64,000 bases of DNA from NCBI GenBank assembly GCA_029555085.1, contig JAKPTO010000026.1, positions 32,001 through 96,000 on the forward strand, written 5' to 3'. The notes beneath the pieces were generated by a model that was not told the origin of the DNA, did not search any database, and saw nothing but the letters and a program-made list of their open reading frames with translations. The first letter of the stretch is position 1. Each line of letters opens with the position of its first letter. Below are positions 38,851 through 51,800 of this stretch, in pieces. Origin of the DNA: a bacterium. Lineage in GTDB: Bacteria; Patescibacteriota; Patescibacteriia; UBA1558; S5-K13. The translations under genes were made by a program, and so were the position numbers.

Positions 38851-41800
38851 TTATTTTTTATATAAAGTGGAAACAAATCTTTGCATTCTGTCATTCAATA
38901 CATCTAAAGCAATTCTTGTACTTTCTGGTGCGTTTTTTGGTATGCTCTTTAATGTGAGTTCCCAAAATTTTATCTCAAAATTATTTAACTTACTACTACC
39001 TGTTCTTTCCAGCTTTATATCGCTTAATAATTTAAATGCTTTATCGTGTACAATGTCTTTATTAGCACTCTCCGTAATTATTCTATATAATTCAGTACCT
39101 CGTTCTCGGCTATAAAAAAATGTTCCAACTGAACTAACATCTGATGTCTGTTTAATAATGGAACCATTTTCATCAAATACTTGTTTAAGTGTTCCGCTTC
39201 TTCCCGCCTCCTTAAAAGTAACGAGCTTTGTATAATCATCGAGCCATTTCTCTGTTATTGTTCCTGTATTTGTTTTTATAATTTCTATATTTGGCTCGGA
39301 AATCAATTCTTGAAAATTATTCTCTGTAATTTGCTCTAAGCCGGGACTTTGTGGATCAAGATCTGCATAATATTCCCCATGGTCTTTTTGAATTTCCAAC
39401 ACCCGATTATTACCAACATTCGTTTCAAATTTAACTGGAATATTGTCTTCAACATCTTTCAATGCCTCTTCCAACTCAGAAAATGTATTAACTCTTTTAA
39501 CTCCTAGTATCTCTGTTTGATTTTGAGCTATAGGCACACGATCTAATATATCTTCGACAGGTGTCCGTCCTGATATACCTTTGGTAGGCACATGATCTGG
39601 CTCAATAGTCAAATTTTGAACTGAGGATACTTGGTCTGATATATCTTCTATATTTGACTCAGAAATCAATTCTTGAAAATTATTCTCTGTAATTTGCTCT
39701 AAACCAGGGAGATTAGGATTAAAGTCTGTGTAATATTCTCCATTGTCCTCTATAATCCGTACAACATTACCACCAATTTCTACATCAGCCGAAGCACCTG
39801 CCTCTTTAAACTGAAATACTTCTTTCAAATCAGAAAAATCCCTAACCACTGGAACCTCTGATGTTTCTATAGGTACATTAGTCAATGTATCTGGGGTGAC
39901 TTCTATACTTTCTGTAGGTACATGATCTAACATATCTTCAGTGGGTACATGATCTGGTTTAATAACTGGGATTTCTGTATTACCATTATTAAACTCATCT
40001 TGCAACCTCGCTATTTGAAAATTTAACTCCTCTCCAGTATTTTGCTGTTGTGAAAGTAATTCTCGAGTTGCATTTAGTTCCTCAGATATCTTCGCTTGTA
40101 TATTGGATGGAATATTTGGATCATCTAGCATTTCTTCTAATCTGGTAATTGATAATTTTGACTTTATTATATCATCATTTAACTCAAAATATTTACTTTG
40201 TAGCTCTTCTATTTGCTCAGGATAATTTGACTTAACTATATCTTCTACGGGTAGCACTTCTCTTACATTTGTTGGTCTGACAATTTCTGAAACATTAGGA
40301 CCATGTTTGGGCTTAATGACGCCCATTACATTATCTACATAATGTTTGTAAAAACTTTCATAAGACTTGGGTTTGACAAAGGCAAAAACCTCGTTAGTTT
40401 CTGGATCAACGACAACTCTTGCTCCCGGCGCAACAACATTTGCATCAAAATTTTTAAGAATCAATGGTTCGCCATTAGGTCCAGAAGTAACAAGTGTCAT
40501 TTTTGAACCACGAGGCATGCTTATACCCAAAGTTTCAGAAACACTAGAGCCCTTAGCTACTGGAACGCCTTGATCTGCCAACTCTTGAATACGTTGAGGG
40601 TTCAAACCCTTAATATCTTGAAAATTAGATACATCTGATTTTTTTGGAGAAAAACTTTGTGATGCCTCATTTATATCATCCGCTCGACTTGTTGAGATAA
40701 CCTGATCTTTTTTACCAAAAACAGAGTTCTTCAAATTCTCAAAAGACTTTCCTAATCTCTCCATTCTTGAAACTATATCAGCATAACTTACAAAATTATC
40801 TTTCATGTTTTCCAATACATTACCCTGAGTAAATGTTTTGGTAAAACATTGTACCATGTTATCCACACTTGCACCAGATGTTTGTATTCCTGATAAAGCT
40901 TGCGTTCCCATACCAAGAGCCATTAATAATTCCCCCCAAGCTCTCATCATGGTAGTTTTTTTATCAAAACCTTTTAATTTTCTAACATCACTATGTTTTT
41001 TTAATTTATCATTTTCTACATAAAAACTTGATTCATATCGTTTTCCAGATAATCCATAATATGTTTCTAAAAACATTGTTTTAAATGCATCTCCAAGATA
41101 TTGATGTGCTTTCATTTTTTCGCCAACCTTATTCCAGGAATATTCCTTTTGATATTTCAATGCTGATTTATCTAATTTTCCACCAAATGCAAATATTCCA
41201 TACATAGCACCTCGAAGTCCAGCCGCACCTATCCCGCCACCAAAAACCATAGCCGTATTAAGTGCATCTTTTACAAGTATACTTCCATTTACTGTTCCTT
41301 GTATATAATCTTGCAAAATATAATCTATTTTTTTTGACCTTTGTTTTCTTAAATCATTTTTTGATTCCAAATTCGTAAGTAGAACTTTGTTTAATCTATT
41401 TCTCATTGTCATCTGATCATGATCAGAAATAATATACAATAACTTTTCTTTATCTGTTAATGAACCTTCGTTAAACTTTTTTTCTATTTCTTGTCTTTTT
41501 TCTTTTGGTAAATCATAATAATTCTGAGATCTGGCATTCTTTATCATTTCATTATATTGCATTGCTTTTTCTTTTACATCATCTACAGAAATTTTTTCAT
41601 TTTTTATAAAATTTTCTCTAATTTTATTATTCTCCATTGAAAGAGTTTTTATTTTACGCTCTAATTCTTCTCTTTCTGTTTCATCTTTTGTGTTTTTATA
41701 TATCTCTACATATCTAGATATTGCAGCAACTCTTCTTTTGTAATTATCATCTTGGTAAAGCTTCTGAAATTTTTCCTTATTAGAAGAAATCAACTCTGCT

Positions 41801-43974
41801 AAATCGCTTGTTTTCTTTTCTGCCTCAACCCTATCTTTCTTTGTTTCACTTTTTTGATCAAAATATTTATACACATCTGTTCTCTTGCCAAGAGCAAAAT
41901 TAATTTTTCCTCCACTTATTTTATCAAGTCCATGCGCAAGTCCAGCGCCAATCCAATCACCAATGGCTTTAACACCAAACATTGAACCGATAATATTATA
42001 TATTCCCTTACCTGTTGCTGCGCATAAGGCCCTCTTTTCTTCTTTTTCTTCTGGTGTTTTTGGTTTCTTAAAAATCAAATCAAAAGTTTTCTTAACCCTA
42101 TCCTTAAATTTAACTTTTATCTGTTCTTCTTTTAACTCTTCATTGATAATATGTTCTTCCGGCGTATTAGATTGAATTTCTTTTTCTGATTCAAAATTAT
42201 TGTAAGTAGATGTCCATTTTATTTCTTGTCCCCATTCTGGACTGGTATGGGTAGATGTCCATTTTGCTTCCTGTCTCTCTCCTTGACTCGTATTAGTTTC
42301 CCATTGTTGTTCTTGATTAGTATTAGATATTGTCTCTGGTTTTATTTCTTTTATTCCAAGTACATTGCTTATATATGTATTTGTATTTTCAAGAAGACTT
42401 GGTGCTATTTTTGTCACAAAATTTACAATAAAAGACTCATTACCCTCCCTACCCTCATCTTCTACTCTATCCTTAGCTTCTAAAAATTTTCTTACCTCAA
42501 TAATCTGATTATCGCTTAGTCTACTCAACTTGTACTTTAAAATATCAACTCCGGTATTTTCTAATTCTAAATGTTTATTAAAAAATTTTTCCTCTGTTTT
42601 CGGCAAATCGTCTTCAAAGACTTGTTTTTCTTTAATAACCTCCTCTTCTGATTTTTCAAAATTCTCTGATTTTGAAGTCTCTTCTTTTTCTGATTTAATC
42701 TTTTCTTCTGAATTTCCTAACAACTCTTTAACTTTATCTCTTAAACCGTATGCTCTAGTAACGAAATTAATATGATAGCTTTCGTGTCTCACTTGATCAA
42801 TTATCTGCTTCAATTCCTCTGGACTATATTTTTCTTTGGTACCATCTATTGTCCCAATTTCTTCTATGGCAGAAAATAATTCCTCAAAATTTTTAGCATT
42901 GCTAATTTTTGCTTTTTGATTTTCTAGTAACTCTACAACCTTATCTCTTAAACCGTATGTTCTAGTAACATAAGTATTGCGAAGATCTCCATTCCTTACT
43001 TGGTTAATGATCTGCTTCAATTCCTCTGGACTATATTTTTCTTTGGTACCATCTATTGTCCCAATTTCTTCTATGGCAGAAAATAATTCCTCAAAATTTT
43101 TAGCATTGCTAATTTTTGCTTTCCTATCTTCTTCTGTTTCTATTGTATTTTTTTTATTTTTCCCCTCAATTTCTTTTTTAGATTCACTTTCTCTCATCAT
43201 TTCAATGAGTTTTTTTGCATGCATTTTAGCCCATTGAATTTGTCCTTCATTATTTTCATAATCTAAACCTGCTTCTGGGTTAGGATGATTATCTTTTTCC
43301 CTATTTTCTATATCATGTTGTTTCCAACTCATAAGAATTTTATACGCAATAGCTGTTTCTAAATCATTTGTAGTATCTCTATACATGTCATAATGTTTGT
43401 AATAATCATTAAAAATGCCTTTATAATCTATACCCGTTTCCATATCTGGATTTTCAAAAAAATTCTTATACACTTTTTCAACTTCAGATTCCATATATTT
43501 ATAATCTTCTGGATTGTCTGGTAATTCTGTTTTTATAACTCTCTCTGGAACCTGATCTAAAACATTGAGATCTTTTTCTGATTCAAATTTTTCATCTATT
43601 TTTTCTTGTCCATCTTCGGGGATTTCTTTCGCATACTCGTCTGATGCTGATATAATTTCTTTTGCCCTTTTTATTCTCTTATTAATCTCAGGGACTAATT
43701 TTCTTAAATCTTCTAAATAATTAAAAAAAAGAGAACGATCTTCATCAAATGTTTCTTGGTCACTCGATATAAGTATATATTGATCTGCACTAAATGATAT
43801 ATCCGACCTAATTTCTTCGAGTAATTCTTCACCCCTATTTAATATTTTCTCTAAAGCTTGTTTCTTAAATCTTATGAATCCATCTGGGTTATTATTATCT
43901 ATAAATTCTCTGTATTGCTCATTCTTATCAACTAAATTTTTTAAATTCTCTGTAGGTTGTTTTATTTTATCCAT
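38851..43974 (-). CDS. giant hypothetical protein (1707 aa) with coiled coils, internal repeats and central hydrophobic segments
   Basis: Long uninterrupted ORF; 69-aa tandem repeat; second dispersed repeat; Gly/Ala-rich hydrophobic stretches. Confidence 0.8.
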   Translation of the reverse strand: MDKIKQPTENLKNLVDKNEQYREFIDNNNPDGFIRFKKQALEKILNRGEELLEEIRSDISFSADQYILISSDQETFDEDRSLFFNYLEDLRKLVPEINKRIKRAKEIISASDEYAKEIPEDGQEKIDEKFESEKDLNVLDQVPERVIKTELPDNPEDYKYMESEVEKVYKNFFENPDMETGIDYKGIFNDYYKHYDMYRDTTNDLETAIAYKILMSWKQHDIENREKDNHPNPEAGLDYENNEGQIQWAKMHAKKLIEMMRESESKKEIEGKNKKNTIETEEDRKAKISNAKNFEELFSAIEEIGTIDGTKEKYSPEELKQIINQVRNGDLRNTYVTRTYGLRDKVVELLENQKAKISNAKNFEELFSAIEEIGTIDGTKEKYSPEELKQIIDQVRHESYHINFVTRAYGLRDKVKELLGNSEEKIKSEKEETSKSENFEKSEEEVIKEKQVFEDDLPKTEEKFFNKHLELENTGVDILKYKLSRLSDNQIIEVRKFLEAKDRVEDEGREGNESFIVNFVTKIAPSLLENTNTYISNVLGIKEIKPETISNTNQEQQWETNTSQGERQEAKWTSTHTSPEWGQEIKWTSTYNNFESEKEIQSNTPEEHIINEELKEEQIKVKFKDRVKKTFDLIFKKPKTPEEKEEKRALCAATGKGIYNIIGSMFGVKAIGDWIGAGLAHGLDKISGGKINFALGKRTDVYKYFDQKSETKKDRVEAEKKTSDLAELISSNKEKFQKLYQDDNYKRRVAAISRYVEIYKNTKDETEREELERKIKTLSMENNKIRENFIKNEKISVDDVKEKAMQYNEMIKNARSQNYYDLPKEKRQEIEKKFNEGSLTDKEKLLYIISDHDQMTMRNRLNKVLLTNLESKNDLRKQRSKKIDYILQDYIQGTVNGSILVKDALNTAMVFGGGIGAAGLRGAMYGIFAFGGKLDKSALKYQKEYSWNKVGEKMKAHQYLGDAFKTMFLETYYGLSGKRYESSFYVENDKLKKHSDVRKLKGFDKKTTMMRAWGELLMALGMGTQALSGIQTSGASVDNMVQCFTKTFTQGNVLENMKDNFVSYADIVSRMERLGKSFENLKNSVFGKKDQVISTSRADDINEASQSFSPKKSDVSNFQDIKGLNPQRIQELADQGVPVAKGSSVSETLGISMPRGSKMTLVTSGPNGEPLILKNFDANVVAPGARVVVDPETNEVFAFVKPKSYESFYKHYVDNVMGVIKPKHGPNVSEIVRPTNVREVLPVEDIVKSNYPEQIEELQSKYFELNDDIIKSKLSITRLEEMLDDPNIPSNIQAKISEELNATRELLSQQQNTGEELNFQIARLQDEFNNGNTEIPVIKPDHVPTEDMLDHVPTESIEVTPDTLTNVPIETSEVPVVRDFSDLKEVFQFKEAGASADVEIGGNVVRIIEDNGEYYTDFNPNLPGLEQITENNFQELISESNIEDISDQVSSVQNLTIEPDHVPTKGISGRTPVEDILDRVPIAQNQTEILGVKRVNTFSELEEALKDVEDNIPVKFETNVGNNRVLEIQKDHGEYYADLDPQSPGLEQITENNFQELISEPNIEIIKTNTGTITEKWLDDYTKLVTFKEAGRSGTLKQVFDENGSIIKQTSDVSSVGTFFYSRERGTELYRIITESANKDIVHDKAFKLLSDIKLERTGSSKLNNFEIKFWELTLKSIPKNAPESTRIALDVLNDRMQRFVSTLYKK
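42718..43122. repeat. intragenic tandem repeat, 207-bp unit x2
   Basis: KAKISNAKNFEELFSAIEEIGTIDGTKEKYSPEELKQII..VR...VTR.YGLRDKV.ELL twice; DNA offset 42821 vs 43028. Confidence 0.9.
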
Positions 43975-43991
43975 ATTTTTGTAATTAAATT

Positions 43992-44180
43992 TTATTTATT
44001 TAAAAATTTCTTTCTAATATTTTCTAATTTTTTCTGAGTCATCAATGTTTCTATTTTTTTTACAATATCGTTTCTTTTTTTTGAAATAATAGATAATTCC
44101 GCCATTATAATATTTAATTCTTTATCAACTTCCTCTATAAGATCCTTATAATTCTTTATTTTTGTTTTTATTTCTTCCAT
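43992..44180 (-). CDS. hypothetical small coiled-coil protein
   Basis: ATG ORF tightly packed in an operon-like run. Confidence 0.6.
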   Translation of the reverse strand: MEEIKTKIKNYKDLIEEVDKELNIIMAELSIISKKRNDIVKKIETLMTQKKLENIRKKFLNK

Positions 44181-44190
44181 GTATTTATAT

Positions 44191-44508
44191 TTATTTTTTA
44201 CTCCTTTTAAAAATAGAATCTAGTTCTGTTATTGTTTTTTCATCAATTTTTTTCTCTTTCTCGGCATATTCAATTGCCAATTGTTCTAATTTATTTTCCA
44301 ATTCAATATTTAATAAGTCTAATTGCTCAGATGCAAATTTATTCTCAAGCGTCATTGCTACTTCTGCTACCTTTTCCGGAGGGAGATTATTTAATATCTC
44401 TATAAATAATTCCTTTGCATCATCGGATATATTCATAGAAGCTAACAAAAAACCCAGCTTTTTACCAAAACCGCCTATCAATTCTTGGTCATTTATTTTT
44501 TTGCTCAT
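44191..44508 (-). CDS. hypothetical helical protein
   Basis: ATG ORF tightly packed after lgt. Confidence 0.65.
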   Translation of the reverse strand: MSKKINDQELIGGFGKKLGFLLASMNISDDAKELFIEILNNLPPEKVAEVAMTLENKFASEQLDLLNIELENKLEQLAIEYAEKEKKIDEKTITELDSIFKRSKK

Positions 44509-44512
44509 ATTG

Positions 44513-45289
44513 TTATTTTAATAATAAATTATACAATTTTTTATATTTTTTGTCAATAAATAAAAAATAACTCGCAAATAATATAAAAATTAAAGCCATT
44601 ATTTGCGGAAATCTAATTCCGAAAATATGAAGTGTTGTATCAATTCTTAAAAATTCCATAAAAAACCTAATAATTCCATAACCAAAAACATACAACAAAA
44701 ATATTCTTCCTTCTTTGTAATGTCTCTTAAATACTCTCATTAGTATAAAAAATAAAATTAAATTTAAAATAAATTCATATGCAAATATGGGATGATGATG
44801 AAACCCTGTTTTTTGTATATATATTGCCCATGGCACATTTGAAACTTTTCCATACAATTCTGAGTTAAAAAAATTACCCCATCTCCCAATTGCTTGCCCA
44901 AGTGGAACAACAAGAGCAAAAATATCTAAATATTTTAGCGAATTCAATTTATGCTTTTTACAATAAAAATAAACAGTTAATATTCCAGCTATTATTGCTC
45001 CTTGAATTGCTATACCGCCACGCCAAATTCTAAAAATCTCCCAAAAATTATACTTATAATATTTAAAATCGAAAAACAATACTGAGTAAATTCTAGCCCC
45101 AATTATTCCAAAAATTATAATATAAAAATATAAATTTTCTAAATGATTTTTATCAATTTCACTGCCCCTGGATAATCTTTCTATTAAATACATACACAAT
45201 AAAATACCAAAAACTACTATAATTCCGTAAAAATATACATTGATTAACCCAAGGCGCAGTAATATTGGATGTGGATTTGCATTTATCAT
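44513..45289 (-). CDS. lgt: prolipoprotein diacylglyceryl transferase
   Basis: YFYG, GIIGARI, IWRGGIAIQG, LGQAIGRWGNFFNSELYG, HP..AYE, RFFMEFLR. Confidence 0.95.
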   Translation of the reverse strand: MINANPHPILLRLGLINVYFYGIIVVFGILLCMYLIERLSRGSEIDKNHLENLYFYIIIFGIIGARIYSVLFFDFKYYKYNFWEIFRIWRGGIAIQGAIIAGILTVYFYCKKHKLNSLKYLDIFALVVPLGQAIGRWGNFFNSELYGKVSNVPWAIYIQKTGFHHHPIFAYEFILNLILFFILMRVFKRHYKEGRIFLLYVFGYGIIRFFMEFLRIDTTLHIFGIRFPQIMALIFILFASYFLFIDKKYKKLYNLLLK

Positions 45290-45999
45290 TGATTTGTTGT
45301 ATTTTTAATTGCTTCTAAAATTTGTTCCCAAATTTGTTTATTTATAACACCCTGAAATAACTCCCCGTTTACAAAAAATGTTGGCGCTCCATTTACACCC
45401 GCTTTCAAGCCCAATTGAACATCAGAATAAATAAGGGATTCATATTTTTTCGAAAGATAACAGTCTTTAAATTTATTAACATCAAGATGAATATCCTTTG
45501 CAAACTGCATAAATGCAGATTCTCCTAAAATTCTCTGATTTTCAAATAATTTATCGTGCATTTCCCAAAACTTTCCTTGTTCATTTGCACAGCTTGATGC
45601 TAATGCGGGAGTTATATCATCCGATATTGGAAAATATCTGTATATTAATTTTACACTATCTTTATTATCATTGACAAAATTTTTTAAATCTACATATGCA
45701 GACAAGCAGTATGGACAATTAAAATCTGAAAACTCAACTATCGTCATGATTGGAGATGAGGCCCCTCTCTGAGGAGAAGTTTTAGATTCCAACTCTTCTC
45801 TTTTAACTTTTTCTTTTGGGGTATTTGATGTGTTGCTATATGCAGAATAAAGAGTTAAGTCACTATTATGCATAATAATTGAACCGTCTTCTATTGCTTT
45901 TTTATAATCAAATACTTTTTTGACAAATAAAATAGCTACTGTCAAAAAAAAGATTAAAAAAACCCCTAAGAATATATGCCATTTTTTAATTTTAATCAT
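45286..45999 (-). CDS. DsbA-family thiol-disulfide oxidoreductase
   Basis: IVEFSDFNCPYC, EQGKFWEMHDKLF, GVNGAPTFFVNG; N-terminal TM. Confidence 0.92.
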   Translation of the reverse strand: MIKIKKWHIFLGVFLIFFLTVAILFVKKVFDYKKAIEDGSIIMHNSDLTLYSAYSNTSNTPKEKVKREELESKTSPQRGASSPIMTIVEFSDFNCPYCLSAYVDLKNFVNDNKDSVKLIYRYFPISDDITPALASSCANEQGKFWEMHDKLFENQRILGESAFMQFAKDIHLDVNKFKDCYLSKKYESLIYSDVQLGLKAGVNGAPTFFVNGELFQGVINKQIWEQILEAIKNTTNQ

Positions 46000-46005
46000 A
46001 TGATT

Positions 46006-47430
46006 TTATTTATTTATAAAATTTTTTTCTAAATTCCATGCTAATTTCAAAACATTTTCCTCGTCCATATATTTTCCCATAATTTGTAATCCTATTGGCA
46101 AGTCATTTGATTTTAGAGGTATTGAAATTGCTGGAATATCCGCGATACTTGCTGAAACTGTAAATATATCAGAAAAATACATTTTTAGTGGATCTTTTAA
46201 TTTTTCTCCGATTTTAAAAGCTTTCGTTGGTGTGGTTGGAGTAATAATAAAATCTACATTTTTAAAAATTTCGTTCAATTTATTTTTTATATCGCCTTGA
46301 ACTAACATTGCTCTATTATAATAAGCTTCTTTATATCCACTTGATAAAACATAATTTCCTATTAAAATTCTTCTTTTAACTTCATCTCCCATACCCATTG
46401 TTCTATTTTTTTTGTATGCATCGTCTAAAGAATCATACACCTTGGAATCAAAACCATATCTAAACCCATCATATTTCGCTAGATTTGAGGAACTTTCCGC
46501 TGGCTGAATTATACAGTAGGCAGCAAGAGCTTCATCAATAAAAGACATGTTTATTTCTTTTATTTTTATTTTTGCTCCCCTTAAATCTTTAATTAATTTG
46601 TCAAAAGACTCTAATATGTTTTTATCTGTTACAAAATTATCAAAATTTTTTGGTATTCCTATTGTTATATTTTTTATTTTTGATTTTATATTACGAATAT
46701 TAACTTTTTTAGTATTTAAATTTGTTGCATCATCGTCGTCTTTACCAACAATTACATTAAATAAGATTGCACAATCAAGAGAAGAATTAGCAATTGGTCC
46801 TATTTGATCAAATGAGGAGGCAAGTGAAATAAGTCCATTTCTTGAAATTCTTCCATAGCTTGGTTTTAATCCACAAACTCCGCAAAAACTAGCCGGCTGT
46901 CTTATGGAACCGCTAGTATCACTTCCTAAAGCAACAGCACAATGACCAGAGGCAACTGAAACAGCGCTACCACCAGACGAACCACCAGAAACTCTTTTTC
47001 TATCATGAGGATTTAATACAGGACCAAAAAATGATGTCTCATTCGATGATCCCATTGCAAACTCATCCATATTTGTTTTACCAAGAATAATAACACCACT
47101 TTGTTTTAATTTTTTAATAACATATGCATCGTACGAAGCCACATAATTAGACAACATTTTTGAACCAGCAGTTGTCTTGTGATCCTTAACTAAAATATTA
47201 TCTTTTATGGCTATCGGAACTCCTTCTAATAATTCTAGTTTTTTACCGCTTTTAATTTTTTCATCAATTTTTTGTGCTTGTTCTATTGAATCATTCTCAA
47301 AAATAGTAATAAAATCATTCAAATTATCTGACTTAATTTTTTTTATACAATCTTTTATCAAATCAACACAAGAGATTATTTTATTGTTTAACTCTCTATT
47401 AATTTTCTCTATTGTAAAATTATTATTCAT
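46006..47430 (-). CDS. gatA: Asp/Glu-tRNA amidotransferase subunit A
   Basis: GVPIAIKDNI, GKTNMDEFAMGSS, GGSSGGS, GSDTSGSIRQPA, SSNLAKYDG, EVKRRILIG. Confidence 0.96.
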   Translation of the reverse strand: MNNNFTIEKINRELNNKIISCVDLIKDCIKKIKSDNLNDFITIFENDSIEQAQKIDEKIKSGKKLELLEGVPIAIKDNILVKDHKTTAGSKMLSNYVASYDAYVIKKLKQSGVIILGKTNMDEFAMGSSNETSFFGPVLNPHDRKRVSGGSSGGSAVSVASGHCAVALGSDTSGSIRQPASFCGVCGLKPSYGRISRNGLISLASSFDQIGPIANSSLDCAILFNVIVGKDDDDATNLNTKKVNIRNIKSKIKNITIGIPKNFDNFVTDKNILESFDKLIKDLRGAKIKIKEINMSFIDEALAAYCIIQPAESSSNLAKYDGFRYGFDSKVYDSLDDAYKKNRTMGMGDEVKRRILIGNYVLSSGYKEAYYNRAMLVQGDIKNKLNEIFKNVDFIITPTTPTKAFKIGEKLKDPLKMYFSDIFTVSASIADIPAISIPLKSNDLPIGLQIMGKYMDEENVLKLAWNLEKNFINK

Positions 47431-47434
47431 AGAT

Positions 47435-47707
47435 TTACAAAACCTTCTTTACTCTTAGTAAATTATCCTTTTTGTCAGCAAATTGTGATATAAGTAAATC
47501 GCTTTGGGATGTTTTAATTTTATCTTTTCTTAAATTTGTATATTTACTATTATTGGATTTTATTTTTTCTGAGATTGGATACTGCTGAACTTTTTTTACA
47601 TAATTTAAAATATTGTTAATATCTTTCAATAAAGTACTTTCCTCTTTTTTAGAAAGTTGTATTTTTGAAAACTCAGCAAGTTTTAAAATTTCTTTTTTCG
47701 TTAACAT
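47435..47707 (-). CDS. gatC: Asp/Glu-tRNA amidotransferase subunit C
   Basis: LTKKEILKLAEFSKIQL...ILNYV...LRKD...VKKVL; directly upstream of gatA. Confidence 0.8.
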   Translation of the reverse strand: MLTKKEILKLAEFSKIQLSKKEESTLLKDINNILNYVKKVQQYPISEKIKSNNSKYTNLRKDKIKTSQSDLLISQFADKKDNLLRVKKVL

Positions 47708-47711
47708 GTTT

Positions 47712-49727
<2,016 letters not shown>

Positions 49728-50564
49728 CTAATTAAAATCTTTTAACAAAGATTCTTCAGAAAATATAACATAATCAAATAACCCAGATAAAGGATCTTCT
49801 CTTCTTAAACTAACAGACAATGCTTGTCTATTAGCATTTTCTATATCTCCTCCGGGATATTGACCAATTGTTTTTATTACATATATATTTTTAAACTTCA
49901 GAGAATTATTATCTCCATCAAATGCTTGAATTTTTAAATCATGAATATCACAAAATAAAGCTTTGACTCTAAATTGATAAATCTTATTTGGATCTAAACT
50001 AGAACCGCCAATTTCAGTTATTGAATCACTTGACTCGTTTAGTAAAGATTTATAAACATGTTGCGATTCGCCCCCCGCGCTCCAAACAATACTTCCTCCG
50101 GACTTCCATTCATTTACTGTAAGTTCTATCCAAGAACTATTTGGCGACTCTTCGGTGGAACAATTATCCTCCCAAGAAATTGAAAGATAAGATAGATTAC
50201 TCGCCTCCCCTAAATCCTCTAAATTGTAAAGGTCGAATTGAAAAAATTGATTTTTTTTGAGACCTATATTTATACTTTGAATATCGTCATCTACTGTTCT
50301 AATTATGGAACTATCAAAGCCATTAAAAAAATAACTGTCGGTATTTAATTTTTCTGGAATTATGTTTTTTTGCCTTAAATAGTATATTGCTTGTTCATTG
50401 CCTGATTCTGCAGCATAAAAAGCAATATTTGCATTATCAACGCTTTTAGATTGCTTAATTTGCCTTAAAGAGAATCTTGATACATAAAGAACACTTACCA
50501 AAATAGAAGTCATAATTAAAAACGCTAATAAAAGAGCTGATCCATTTTTAACTTTAATTGTCAT
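49728..50564 (-). CDS. PilX-like minor pilin
   Basis: KNG-SALLLAFLI...AFYAAESG.EQA. Confidence 0.75.
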   Translation of the reverse strand: MTIKVKNGSALLLAFLIMTSILVSVLYVSRFSLRQIKQSKSVDNANIAFYAAESGNEQAIYYLRQKNIIPEKLNTDSYFFNGFDSSIIRTVDDDIQSINIGLKKNQFFQFDLYNLEDLGEASNLSYLSISWEDNCSTEESPNSSWIELTVNEWKSGGSIVWSAGGESQHVYKSLLNESSDSITEIGGSSLDPNKIYQFRVKALFCDIHDLKIQAFDGDNNSLKFKNIYVIKTIGQYPGGDIENANRQALSVSLRREDPLSGLFDYVIFSEESLLKDFN

Positions 50565-50566
50565 AA

Positions 50567-51127
50567 TTATTTTATATAATTTCTTGCACTTACTGTTGTT
50601 TGTAATAAAATTTCTGCACCATCTCTATTATCAACAAATGTCATAACAATTGTTACAAGTGTTTGCTTGTTTAAATCCCCAGCAAGCTTTTCTGTTGATA
50701 TAGTTGGGCTAATATAAAAATACATATCTTTCACGCTAACACTATTTCCAGTTACATCACTCCAACCAGAATCATTATATTTAACTTGCAGAAAAGTATT
50801 GTTTTTTCCTCCAACTAATTTTACTTGTTTTCGAAAAAAAATCTTATTACCGGAATTATCTTCTAGAGCCAACTCTGTTATTGGGTTTTTTACTGTAAAA
50901 TCTGGATAATAAGAATAATCAACATTACCCAATCTTACTTCTCTAGATATATAATCCATTGCGAACCTCATCTCATTTTGTACCCTTTGCATTGCTATAA
51001 TCTTTGTATTTGCCTTCATTGTTAATATGTACACACCAATACAAATCGTTGAAACAATACTAAAAATAGCAGTCGCGACAATCATTTCAAGTAATGTAAA
51101 TCCTGGTTTTTTATATATTTTTTCCAT
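50567..51127 (-). CDS. type IV minor pilin (PilW-like)
   Basis: G-FTLLEMIVA class III signal; ISREVR; LQTTVSAR. Confidence 0.82.
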   Translation of the reverse strand: MEKIYKKPGFTLLEMIVATAIFSIVSTICIGVYILTMKANTKIIAMQRVQNEMRFAMDYISREVRLGNVDYSYYPDFTVKNPITELALEDNSGNKIFFRKQVKLVGGKNNTFLQVKYNDSGWSDVTGNSVSVKDMYFYISPTISTEKLAGDLNKQTLVTIVMTFVDNRDGAEILLQTTVSARNYIK

Positions 51128-51138
51128 AAATTAAAATA

Positions 51139-51798
51139 CTATTTCCAATTATATATCCTTTCTTGTATCTGGGTTGTTTTGATCGAACCTCCATCGTTCC
51201 AACCAACTAAAGAAGTTACCTGTAGGCCTATAAAATTTGTAGGATCTTCGCATTCTGATTCTGGTGATGTATTAATTATTTCATCTTCCCATTCATCATT
51301 ATAACAAATCGCATCTATATATATTATTCTATAAAAATTAGCATCCGACAATTGATAAGAATCTAATCCCTCCATAGAATCTTTATGAACATATATTTTT
51401 TGATTTGGCGATTCTTCTGGCCAAGCTAAGAACAATTTACATTGTCCAGTCTCAAGACATTTATCCCAAGGTATGCTAATGTATTCTAAAATATATCCAT
51501 CTTGATCTTCCCTGGGATACTTATTATCTAATATAAATGTTCTTGAATCTCCATCAATTGCTAAATCCGGTAATAATCCACTGCTCCACGCTAATCCATC
51601 AATCCAATTTGAATCTCTTATATTTCTAACAACTTCCACTCCTTCTCTGGCTAAGTTCGTGGCTTTAAGCATATTATGATTGAAACGCTCAACCCTAAGA
51701 TTCGCCACAACTAAATTCATAATAGATAAAATACCTACCACTGCTATATAAATAGCTATTACTACCTCCAATATTCCCTGTGCTTTACTTTTTTTCAT
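51139..51798 (-). CDS. type IV minor pilin (PilV-like)
   Basis: A-QGILEVVIAI; ATNLAREGVEVVRNIRD. Confidence 0.78.
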   Translation of the reverse strand: MKKSKAQGILEVVIAIYIAVVGILSIMNLVVANLRVERFNHNMLKATNLAREGVEVVRNIRDSNWIDGLAWSSGLLPDLAIDGDSRTFILDNKYPREDQDGYILEYISIPWDKCLETGQCKLFLAWPEESPNQKIYVHKDSMEGLDSYQLSDANFYRIIYIDAICYNDEWEDEIINTSPESECEDPTNFIGLQVTSLVGWNDGGSIKTTQIQERIYNWK

Positions 51799-51800
51799 AT

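Noticed and set aside
46006-47707. gatB missing next to gatCA
   Set aside because: Split gat genes are common; gatB may lie elsewhere in the genome
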